Part shown: positions 28,741-40,200 of the stretch, piece after piece
Position numbering within the stretch: the first letter of the stretch is position 1
Layout of the letters: every line of letters begins with the position of its first letter
Source of the DNA: the human T2T-CHM13v2.0 reference genome, Homo sapiens
DNA: 64,000 nt
Direction: 5' to 3' (one strand)
Assembly (NCBI RefSeq): GCF_009914755.1
Contig: NC_060947.1
Notes under the pieces: model-generated
Seen by the model: only the letters and a program-made list of their open reading frames with translations
Databases searched by the model: none
Told to the model about the DNA's origin: nothing
Translations under genes and position numbers: made by a program

Positions 28741-30010
28741 AGAAATAATAAATGACTCATTACTAAGCAATTAGTATATTTAATTCTTCTGACATCGTTT
28801 AATTTTGTACTACAACATAGAATGTTCTTTACCTTTCTTTCCACCTTTAAAAATTATACTCAACCATTGTGAAGCTTTTCCTGATTTTACCAATTATTAT
28901 AATTTATTTGTTTGTTTATGCCTGTCTTATGGTTTTTATAGTGTTTAAATGTTTGGCCTTACATCATAGTTATTTATGTGCAACCATCTTCCCTATCAGG
29001 GTCTACATTTTTTTAGGATAAAGGTTATGGTGTGTTTATTAGTGTATGTCTTGCAAATCTTAAGCATTCATTTAACATAGGTGTTTCATCCTGTATTCTG
29101 AAGGTTTAACACAATCTTTTTCATTTTAAACTGATATATAACGTGAGACAGAATAGCGGTAGGCACAGATTACCAAGTACAGTGTACAAACGTCAACAGA
29201 ACACAAAGATATGCCTAGAACTATCTATTTACATTAACATTTGTGAATACAAAAGAAAAAGATGAGGAAAAATCATAAAAATTCTCAACCAATTCACTGC
29301 TCTAAATAACCAACAGACTTTGGCAATTAACTAACAAACTTTACATGGACAAGCCCAGGGATACTTCTTAACTGGCCAAGAATTGCTACCCTCAACAAGT
29401 AATATTAAATAATCCAAAATAACAACACCGTTAGATGAACCCAAATGTTAAGGGTAGGTAATTAAACCTTTTAAAAAGCCAGTTAAATAAAAATTCAATG
29501 TATATCTTCTACTCTCAGGTAAAAAATTAACAAGTACCTAGAAAGACGGAGACACCTAGCATCCTTTTTTTGAGGTACTCAAGGCACATATGTGAAAAAG
29601 TATAATTTTGATTTTATACAAGGAACAATTGATGAACTCATTGCAGCACTCCTAACTGTGCTTACCATCCTTTTCTTACTGTCTTGGTATTGAAAACAGT
29701 GACATATTTTGGTAAAGATTTCTGTACTTTTCATTTTTATTTCTTATACACCATTCTCTCAAAGCTCTTTTGTTAAGCATAGTGAATCTACAGTAAGCCT
29801 CTGTTCACTTTTTCTTACAGAAAAAAATCATGAATGTGTCAAACTCTGATATTCAGAGCAATTATGATGCTTTAGGAATGAGATACGGTGTCAATGTCAC
29901 TCCTGAGAAAATATGTAAAATTTTATACCAGTAGTCTTTGTTAGATCTGTATCTACTTCTAGTGTAGGGCATGATTTTGTCAGAGATTAACAACTTTTCA
30001 CTTTTGACAC

Positions 30011-30550
30011 TGTATTAGTCATGGTTCTCTAGAGGGACAGGACTAATAGGATAGATATACATAGGAAAGGGAGTTTATTAAGGAGTATTGACTATCACAA
30101 GGTGAAGTCCAACAACAGGCCATCTGCAAGCTGAGGAGGAAGGAAGCCAGTCTGGTTTCCAAAACCTCAAAAGTGGGAAAGCCAACAGTGGAGCCTTCAG
30201 TCTGTGGTCGATGGCATGGGAGCCCCTGGCAAACCACAGTAAGTCTAAGAGTCCAAAAGCTGAAGAACTTGGAGTCTGATGTTCCAGGGCAGGAAGCACT
30301 CAGCACAGGAGAGAGATGAAGGCCAGAAGACTCAACGAGTTTCCCCATTCCACTTTCTTCTGCCTACATTATTCTAGCCACTCTGGCAGCTGATTAGATG
30401 GTGCCCACCCAGATTAAGAGTGGGTCTGCCTCTCCCAGTCCACTGACTCAAATGTTAATCTCCTTTGGCAACACTCTCACAGACACACCCAGGAACAATA
30501 CTTTGCATCCTTCAATCCAATCAACTTAGCACTCAATATTAACCATTCCA
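30011..30550 (-). mobile_element. HERV-L 3' LTR (MLT2A1/A2)
   Basis: Reverse strand reads GGTTAATATTGAGTGCTAAGTTGATTGGATTGAAGGATGCAAAGTATTGTTCCTGGGTGTG...GACTAATACA. Confidence 0.93.
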
Positions 30551-31079
30551 AGTCAACTTGAACCCCTTGTCAACTTGTACCCATACACAGCTCCAGAAAT
30601 CATATATAATCTTCAAATAAAGACAATAGTAAGGTCATCATTACACCTAACATAATACAGCTATCTTTCGTACAATCGGAAGCACACTAATCCTTAACCT
30701 AAATGCTATTACATAAAGTTAACAACACTTAAATGTTGATATGAAATCAATAAATCTTATGTCACATGATAAAGGAAAAATAAAGGAAATAAAATAAAGA
30801 TATTATCTTAGTACAAATGTATACATCCCCAAACATGTTCTTAACAAAATAAAGAGAAAATGCTTATGACAATTATAGTCCTCGTTTCTGCAGCTGGTCA
30901 TGTGGTTGCAGCTGGTATTGATGACTACCTTCTTCTACCACCCATTCTGTATTCCCTTTGCCTTCAGCAAGCACCTCAGCAGGTCATGATTTTTTACCTG
31001 ATGGAGTGACCTAACCCTTCATTTCAGAAGGGTCTGGGCCATTTGTAGACCTGCCTGGATTGGGTTGTTATAGTTTCCC

Positions 31080-32120
31080 ATTGACCTTAATCACAGGGCA
31101 TGGTAATATTAAGAGATGTCCTAAGGGATCTCCTGTATTCCATGCATACTCTTCCTTACTTCCATTGCGGAGTAGTAGACTTGGTAGTCCGGGTCAATCA
31201 CTCCAGCCAACACTGTAACTCCCTTCTTAGCTTGTTGGTGAGAGGTAGGAGGAGCCCAAAGTGGTCAGATGGCAATCTTAACTTGCAGTTTAATGGAATC
31301 GTTGTGTCTCCTGGTGGCAGCGGTCCTTCTTCTGGAACTAAGACATTTAGGCCAGCAGAATGTAATATCCTGGGAGCACAAAGCAAACATTTTGTTAGTG
31401 GGTCACTAAGGGTGATGGTGAGTGGTGCCACTTCCACTTCCACCCTTTGATTCCTGGACCCGTGAATCCTGGCTATGGGAGAAACAATGCCACATATTTG
31501 ACACTTATCCAGAGCATACACGGCCTTCTGGAGAACTTTGTCCCAGCCCTGCAAAGTACTGTCACCTAGTTGGCATTGTAATTGTGACTTCAAAAGAACA
31601 TTCCACCGTTCTATCAATCCAGCTGGTTCAGGATAATGGGGAACATGGTAAGACCAATGAATTCCATGAGCATGAGCCCACTGCTGCACTTCTTTATCAA
31701 TAAAGTGAGTGTCTTGGTCAGAGGCAATACTATCTGGAACACCATGACAGTGGATAAGGTGACTCCTTGGATGGTAGTCTTGGCAGAAGCATTGTGTGCA
31801 GGATAGGCAAACCCATATCTGGACTGAATGTCTATTCTAGTGAGGACAAACTGCTGCCCTTTCCATGATGGAAGAGGTCCAATATAATCAACCTGCCACC
31901 AAGTAGCTGGCTGATCACCCCAAGAAATGGTTCTCATTGTTGGTCTCTGCTGCTGGCAAATTGGGCACTCAGCAGTGGCCGTAGCCAAGTCAGCCTCAGT
32001 GAGTGGAAGTCCATGTTGTTGATTTCATGTATAACCTCCATCCCTGCCACCATAATCACTTTGCTCATGGCCCCATTGGGCAATAACAGGGGTGGCTGAG
32101 GAAACACTCTGAGCAGTGTC
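31080..32120 (-). pseudogene. HERV-L integrase followed by dUTPase (fragmented)
   Basis: ATAECPICQQQRP (Zn finger), WWQVDYIGPLP, HWSYHVPHYPEPAGLIERWN; then SAGLNVLVPEEGPLPPGDTTIPLNCKLRLPSDHFGLLLP (dUTPase downstream of IN, typical of ERV-L). Confidence 0.88.
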
Positions 32121-33900
32121 CACAGATCAAGTCATCCTATTCACTTGATTATTAAAATCCTCCTCTGCTGAGGTCATCTTTGGTGATCACTCACATGAGA
32201 TACAAATATCTTAACAGTTTTTGCCCACTTGGAGAGGTTCATTCACAGACCTCTTCTCCAAATTTCTTTGTCACAAGTTTTCCAATCATGCTTCTTCCAA
32301 GTCCCTGACCATCCAGCCAAAACATTGGCTACAAGCCCATGAATCATTATATAATCACACATGTGGCCATTTCTCCATCCATGCAAAGTGCACAACCAGG
32401 TACACTGCTCGAAATTCTGCCCACTGGGAAGATATCCCTTTGTCACTGCCCTTCAGGGGTGTCCTAGAAAGAGACTGTAGTTCTGCAGCTGTCCACTTTC
32501 GGGTGGTGCCTGCATATCGTGCAGAACCATTTGTAAACCAGGCCCTAGTCTTCTCTTCCTCTGTCAACTGATCATAGGAAATTCCCCATGAGGCCATTGG
32601 TGCAGGCTGAGGGAGAGAAAGCATGGTGGCAGGAGTGGGACATTTGAGCCACTTCCTCATGTAACTTACTTGCACCCTCAGGACCTGCTCAAGCCCAATC
32701 ACATATATACCACTTCCATTTGATGATGGAATGCTGCTGTTCATGATCCGCTGTATGACTAGATGAGTAATGAAAGCACCCAGTTCCTGATAGGCAGTTC
32801 AGGTCACATAGTGATTTGATGACCCATAGTCAAACATTCAGTTTCTACCAAAGCCCAGTAACAGGCCAAGAGCTGTTTCTCAAATGGAGAGTAGTTATCT
32901 GCAGAAGATGGCAAGGCCTTGCTCCAAAATCCTACAGGCCTCCACTGTGATTCACCCATGGGGGCCTGCCAAATTCTTCAAACAACACTCTTATCCGCCA
33001 CTGACACCTCAAGCAATATTGGCTCTGTAGGGTCATATGTCCCAAGTGGCAGAGCAGCTTGCACAGCAACCTGGACCTTTTGCAGAGCCTTCTCCTGTTC
33101 TGGACTCCACTCAAAACTGGCAACCTTTTGGGTCACTCGATAAATGGGCTGGAGTAACACACCCAAATGAGGAATATGTTGCCTCCAAAATGCAAATAGG
33201 CCCACTAGGAGTTAGGTCTCTCTTGTTATAGGAGGGGCCAAATGCAGCAACTTATCCTTCACCTTAGAAGGAATATCTATCTATCTTGACAAGCCCCACA
33301 CCAATGGACCCCTAGAAATTCTGCTGAGGTAGAAGTTCCCTGAATTTTTCTCAGATTTATTTCCCATCCCCTGGCACACTAGTGTCTCACCAATAAGTCC
33401 AGTGTGTTTGCTACTTCTTGATCACTGGATCCAATGTACATAATGTCATCAATGTAATGGACCAGTGTGATAGCTTGTGGAAGGGAAAAGCAATCACTAT
33501 CTCTGTGAACAAGATTATGGCACAAAGCCAGAGAGTTGATATACCCTTGAGATAGGACAGTGAAGGTATATTATTGGCCTTGCCAGCGGAAGACAAATTG
33601 CTTCTGGTGGGCCTTATGGACAGGAATGGAGAAAAAGGCAGTTTCCAAATAAATGGCTGCATACCAGTTACCAGGAGATGTGTTAATTTGTTCAAGCAAT
33701 GAAACCACATCTGGTACAGCAGCTGCAATTGGAATCACCACTTGGTTAAGCTTATAATAATCCACTGTCATTCTCCAAGATCCATCTGTCTTCTGCACAG
33801 GCCAAATAGGAGAATTGAATGGGGATGTGGTGGGAATCACTACCCCTGTGTCTTTCAAGTCCTTGATGGTTGCATTAATCTCTGCAACCCTTCCAGGGAT
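32120..33900 (-). pseudogene. HERV-L reverse transcriptase/RNase H (fragmented)
   Basis: [23 protein letters not shown]; LVHYIDDIM (YIDD = reverse complement of 33445-33456); AWFTNGSARY...SSQWAEFRAV (RNase H with the catalytic D changed to N). Confidence 0.9.
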
Positions 33901-34300
33901 AGGATAGTTTTTTTATGATTTTTCTAGGGAGAGGCAGGTCTATTGGCTTCCACTGTGCCCTTTCCATCAGAATAGCCCTCACCCTACCAGTCAGGAATTC
34001 AATGCCGGGATTCTGCCAGCTGCTAAGTATGTCGATGCCATTTATGCATTCTGACACTGGGGAAATGATGACAGGATGAGGCAGGGGCCCACTGGACCCA
34101 CTGTAAGTTGGACTTGAGCTAAACCTCCATTAATTACCTGACCCCTATAAGCCCCTACTTTAATTGGAGGACCACAATGACATTTTGCATTCCATGAAAT
34201 CAATGTCAGCTCAGAGACAGTGTCCAGTAGTCCCAAAAGGTCTGATTATTCCCCTTTCCCCAGTGCACAGTTACTCTGGTAAAAGGCCAGAGGTTTCCTT
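33900..34300 (-). pseudogene. HERV-L protease remnant
   Basis: GLLDTVSELTLI (DTG-type motif mutated) and ECINGIDILSSW. Confidence 0.8.
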
Positions 34301-34329
34301 GGGGAAGGATGGGGGAAAGACTAACAACA

Positions 34330-36390
34330 TAAATTGTCAGTAGTGTAATGGGGTCCTTCCTCAAGCGGAGCCAGCCTCCTCTTTATTCAAGGGGTTCTGG
34401 GTCTGTGAACTGGTTCAAGTCTGGAAATTGATTGAGGAGCCACGATTCTCTATTTTTATAATTCAAATTCGTCCTTCATCCACTCGAACTGGAAGTTTTC
34501 TGCTTAAATAAATTAAGTAATAATGCAGTAGGCTTCCTATCAACTTCACTTCTAGGAACACCGTGATTAATTAGCCAATGCCTGAGCTCTGCATGAGTCA
34601 GACTATTCTGATTGCTGCTTTGCCTCTGCTGTCCATTACAGTAACTATGCCCACCTTGCCTTTGATGGATGAGTGCCACCACTTGGCTCCTGCTGCCTCT
34701 GGGTCCAATTATTCCCATTGCATTTAAAGTTTCTAATTGAGTGATTGTGGTTCCCACTGTAAGATCTGGCACACAGAGAAGAGCAATCACATTGCTCTTC
34801 AAAAATGCAGATGCAGACGGGCGTTGTGGCTCACACCTCTAATCCCAAAACTTTGGGATGCCAAGGCAGGTGGATCACGTGAGGTCAGGAGTTCGAGACC
34901 AGCCTGGCCAACATGGAGGAACCCCGCTTCTACTAGCAATACAAAAATTAGCTGGGCATGGTGGCAGGTGCCTATAATCCCAGCTACTCAGGAGGCTGAG
35001 GCAGGAGAACTGCTTGAACCCCGGGGGGATGGAGGTTGCAGTGAGCCGAGATCATGTCATTTCACTCCAGCCTGGGAGACAAAGCGAGACTCTGTCTCAA
35101 AAAAAAAAAAAAAGCAGATGTTTCCCTCACAAATCTATACTGGCGGAGGGTATGACTTCTGGACCTTCCCAGGTGGAAGTGACATTGGAAGCTAGCATTC
35201 TAATCTCCCTTAGCCTTTGGATCCCTTCCTCTACATTAAACCAAGGGAAATCAGGCATTTCCAGCTTGCTCACAGTAGGCCACCTTTTGCTCCATATTTC
35301 AGCTAACCAAGCAAATAAACTATTAGAGCCTTTTCTTAACTCCCAAGCTGCAACATTAAATGCAAGATCCCTGGTTAGTGGGCCCATATCAATGAATTCG
35401 GCCTGATCCAACTTTATGTTCCTTCCACCATTATCCCACACCCTTAATATCCATTCCATGCCTGTTCTCTAGATTTCTGCTTATATAAATTGGAAAACTC
35501 AGTTTTTTTGGAGTGTAGTGTACCTCCTCATGGGTCACACTCTGAACCTCACCTGTAGGGTCCTGCTGGGACTTGAGTCTTGTTATAGGTCTAGAAGCAA
35601 ACGAGGTATTGAGGGTGAGTCCCGAGGAGAATCAGCATTGTCTTGCCTGGCCACTGACTCAGGGGAGGCCACCACTGTTGCCTCAGGCAGTGAATGGCTA
35701 ACCTCCTCAGACAAAGGTGGAAAGGCTGATGGCAGCATGGGTGGGGGAGGGGAAGCTGCCACCTCTGGAAGTGGGGTGGCTATTTCCTCTGGCAAAAAGG
35801 GCTCATCAGAATTTAGGAGCTCAATGCCCCCAGTCTCATCAGGGTCCTTCCACATGTCCCCATTCCAAGTTGCAGGGTCCCATTCTTTTCCAATCAATGC
35901 CCTTACTTTAACAGTAGACAACGGGCAAGGCTGTGCATACACATTTCCTTGCAGGTCAGCCACTTGCATCATAGGAGTTTGTGTCTGATTTTTCACAATT
36001 TCAGCTCTATCTCTGAAGGAGACAAGACTCTCACTCATGGCAATCTTAAAAGATTTAAGGTTCAGTATGTGCTTGTGGAGCCAGGAGATAGAATTACTGA
36101 GTTCATTATTTTCTTTCATCACATTGTTCAGTGAACTTAGGAGCACCCAACCAATGTCATTATCATTTTTGGTTCTCCACATATGGTCAAAGGTATTATG
36201 TATAGAGTCACTAAACTCCTTGCCTCTTATGAGCGATGAATGAAGAGTATGAAATGTATTTATTTTCCATAACTCTCTAAACAGTTCATGCCATGTACTG
36301 TCAGTGTTCTTCACACCATTAGAAGTATAGTCCTTAGCATTTTGGGGTCTAATCATATTAAGCAGCCAACTCCAGAAATCCCAAAACCAA
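34330..36390 (-). pseudogene. HERV-L gag remnant interrupted by an Alu
   Basis: 257-aa ORF 35583..36356 (VKVRALIGKEWDPATWNGDMW), WILRVWDNGGRNIKLDQAEFIDMGPL and LRHWLINHGVPRSEVD. Confidence 0.9.
34815..35114 (+). mobile_element. Alu (AluSx/Sz-like) inserted into HERV-L gag
   Basis: Full dimer with A-tail; TSD-like AAATGCAGATG (34803-34813) / AAAAGCAGATG (35111-35121). Confidence 0.93.
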
Positions 36391-36425
36391 CTAAAGGACT
36401 CCGTCCTTAAAATTATATTCTTTTA

Positions 36426-36443
36426 GGACCACTTCTGGTACCA
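36426..36443 (-). other. HERV-L primer binding site (tRNA-Leu type)
   Basis: TGGTACCAGAAGTGGTCC a few bases downstream of the 5' LTR on the - strand; the Leu assignment is from family knowledge. Confidence 0.75.
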
Positions 36444-36448
36444 AAATT

Positions 36449-36997
36449 TATATTTGTCAGGGTTCTCTACAAGGACAGAACTAAGAGGATAGATGTATAT
36501 ATGAAAGGAAGTTTATTAAGGAGTATTGACTCACAAAATCACAAGGTGAAGTCCCACAATAGTTCACCTGCAAGCTGAGGAGCAAAAAAGCCAGACCAAG
36601 TTCTAAAGCCTCAAAAGTAGGAAAGCCAACGGTGCAGCCTTCAGTCTGTGGCTGAAGACATGAGAGCCTTTGGAAAACCACCAGTGTAAGTCCAAGGGTC
36701 CAAAAGCTGAAGAACTTGGAGTCTGATGTTTGAGGGCAGGAAGCGTCCAGCATGGGAGAAATATCAAGGCCAGAAGATTCAGCAAGTCTAGTCCTTCCAC
36801 ATTCTTCTGCCTACTTTATTCTAACCATGCTGAAAGCTGATGAGATTGTGCCCACCCAGATTGAAAGTGGGTCTACCTCTTCCAGTCCACTGACTCAAAT
36901 GTTAATCTCTTTTGGCAACACCATCACCGACACACCCAGGAACAATACTTTGCATCCTTCAATCCTGTCAAGTTGACACTCAATATTAACCATCACA
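36449..36997 (-). mobile_element. HERV-L 5' LTR (MLT2A1/A2)
   Basis: Reverse strand starts TGTGATGGTTAATATTGAGTGTCAACTTGAC; colinear with 30011-30550 (10 mismatches in the first 60 aligned bases). Confidence 0.93.
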
Positions 36998-37280
36998 AAC
37001 ACTTTACTCAAATACTGAGCAAAGCACAAAAAGAGGTACATTCACAATAAAGTAAGGCAACTTAATAATGCAAAAAATTGAACAGCAATGCTACTGTATA
37101 TTTTATATTACAGTAGTCATCTGCAAAAGTAAAGTGATAAGATATTATTAAGGAGAATGATGTAAAGAATAGATTAAAAATATCTGTACGTATAGTGCTT
37201 TGGATGAATCTAAAAGTATAAAAATAATATATTCTTTGTCGCTTACTTAAGTTATAAAGTTGAATCTAAAGTATTGGTCA

Positions 37281-40200
37281 TAGAGATGTGGTGCAAGATG
37301 ACAGTTAAGAAAATTCCACCAATGATCCCCATCTACACCCCGCAAGGACACCAAATTAAAAACTATCTTCACAGAAAAGTAAAGCATCTTATTAAAAAAA
37401 TTAGATGAGCACTTATATTACCAGGTTTTAACTTCCTATTTGTGAAAGAGACATTGAAGAGATAGAAAAAAAAAATAGTCTTGAATCATGGAGGCTACCC
37501 CTTCTCCACCCCAGAAGCAGCTGCATGGTACAGAGAGCTTCTCTGGGTGCTGGGGGAGGAAGAACACAGTAATTGTGAAGCATTAAACTCATTACTGTTC
37601 TGTTAGAGCAGAAAGGAAAATCAGACCAAACTCAGCTGATGGCTACCCACAGAAGAAGCATTTAATCCAATCCTACAGAAGGGAATTGCCCATCCCAGTA
37701 ATCAAAACTTGAGTGTCTGCAAACGTTGCCATTGACAAAGGCCAAAGTGTTCTCAGTCTCTACGTAAATTTGAAAAGTAGTCTAGGCCATAAGGACTACA
37801 AATTTTAGGCAAGCCCTAGGACTGTGCTAGGCCTAGAGAAAGTGGAGTAGGGGGGTGGGGCATGGGACATACTGAGACACCAGCTGGGAAAGCCAAGGGT
37901 GTGCTGGCATCAGCCTTTCCCAACCCCGGGCAGCACAAATTAAGGCTCCAAAAGAGATCCCTTCCTTCTGCCCTAAAAGAGACTCCTTCATTCTGCATGA
38001 AGAGAGAAAAGAGTGGGGAGGACTTTGTCTTGCATCTTGGATACTGGGTCAGTCACAGCAGGATAGGGCACCAGTCAGAGTCAAGAGGCCCCCGTTCTGG
38101 GCCTTAGCTCCCAGATGAAATTTCTAGACACACCCTGGGCCAGGAGGGAACATGCTGCCTTGAAGGAAAGGACCCAGGCCTGCCAGCATTTGTCACCTGC
38201 TAACTGAGGAGCCCTTGGGCCCTGAATAACCAACAGCAACACCCAGGTACTACATTGAGGGCCTTCGTGAGCCTCTGAGACTTGCTGGCTTCAAGACGAG
38301 ACTCAGCACATTACCAACTAAACTTGCTACACAGTGAAACTCTTTCTTCTTATGAGAAGCAGAAAAAAAAGCAAAGGGGACTTTGTCTTGCACCTTAGGT
38401 ACCAACACTATCATAGGAAGATACAGCACCAAACAGGCTTTTGGAATTTGCAATTCTAGGACTTGACTCTTTGAAGACATTTCTGGACCTGCTCTCAGCC
38501 AGAGGGGAGACCACTGTCCTGAAAGGTGAGTCCCCAAGGCAGGCAGCATTCATGACAAGCTGACTTAAGAGACTTTGGCACTTAAGGAAACAACAGTAGT
38601 AGTCTGAGAGGACTTCTCAATGACTTGGGTGGCAGTGGTTATGGGATGAGGCTCCCATGCCTTTGGAAAGCAGAGGGAAAAGTGGGAAGGACTGCATCTT
38701 GTGGTTTGAGTGCCAGATGAGCTGTAGTGCAATATAATACCAGGTAGATTTTAATGTTTTTGATTCAAATTTCTGAGTCCTGGACAGAACTTTTGGACCT
38801 GCCCAGGGACTGGACATTGCTACTTTAAAGGGAAGGAAACAGGGCTAGCTGGCTTTGCCACCTGCTAATTGTAGAGCCTCAGGGCTTTGAATAAACATAT
38901 TCATCAGAAAGTGAGTGGTTACAGCAGGCCTTGGGTGAAGCCGAGTGCTGTGTTGGCTTCAGGTATGAACCAGTGCAGTCATGGTGGTGGTGTCCACTGC
39001 AGTGCTTGTGTCACTCCACTCTTAGCTTTAGGTGGCTAAGAACAGAGAGAAGACTCTGCATGTTTAAAAGACAGTAAGAAAATAGAACAAGAGTCTCTGC
39101 CTGGTAATCCAGAGAATTCTCCCAGACCTGTCCAAGATCATCAAGGTGGTATTGTTCCGAGTCTGCAAGGACCACAGCATTACTGGAATTCAGGTGCACC
39201 CTAAAGCAGAAACAGATTATATCAAAATACTAAAGTCCTTTCAAATATCTGGAAAGCATCCCAAGGACAGCTACAAATGAGTTGAAATAGTAAAGACTAC
39301 AACAAATATCTAACTCTAGAATGTCTAGACACCAAAGAAAATCTACTAGCATGAACACCATCCAGGAAAACATGAGTTCACCAAATGAACTAAGAAAGGC
39401 ACCAGGGAAAATCCTGGAGAAACAGAGATATATGACCTTTCATACCTTGAATTCAAAATAGCTGTGTTGAGGAAAATAAATATATTCCAGAGAAATAATT
39501 AGAAATTTTATTGTATAAATTTACCAAAGATATTAAAATGATTAAAAAGAATCAAGCAGAAATTCTGGAGGTTAAGAATGCAATTGGCATACTGAAGAAT
39601 GCATAACAGTCGTTTAATAGCAGAATTGATCAATCAGAAAAAATAATTAGTGAGCTTGAAGACAGGCTATTCGAAAATACACATTCAGAAAAGACAAAAA
39701 AGAATAAAAAACAAGGAAGCATGCCTACAGGAACTAGAAAATAGCCTCAAAGGGGCACACCTAAGAGTTATTGGCATCACAGAGGAAGTAGAGAAAGAGG
39801 TAGGATAAAAAGTTTGTTCAAAAGGATGATAACAGAAAACTTCCCAAACCTAGTGAAAGATATCAATATCAAGTAAAAGAAGGCTAGAGAATACCAAGCA
39901 GATTTGATATAAATAACACTACCTCACAGCAGTTAACAACTAAAGTCCCAAAGAGCAAGGATGAGAAAAAGATACTAAAAGCAGCAAGAGAAAAGAAAAA
40001 AAAAAACATACAATGAAGTTCCAATATGTCTGATAATAGACGTTTCAATGGAAATCTAAAAGGCCATGAGAAAGAGGCACAACGTATTTAAAGTGCTAAA
40101 GGAAAGACAAAAACACATACTTTTACTGAGAATAGTATATTCAGCAAAAATATTATTCATACATAAAGGAAAAACAAAGACCTTCCCAGACAAAGAAATG

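Larger units (their letters stand above)
30011..36997 (-). mobile_element. HERV-L provirus, complete LTR-gag-pro-pol-dUTPase-LTR layout, no env, all genes disrupted
   Basis: Paired ~545-bp LTRs; 5-bp TSD GACAC (30006-30010) / AACAC (36998-37002); PBS; recognisable ERVL Gag, PR, RT, RNase H, IN and dUTPase peptides in order on the - strand. Confidence 0.96.
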
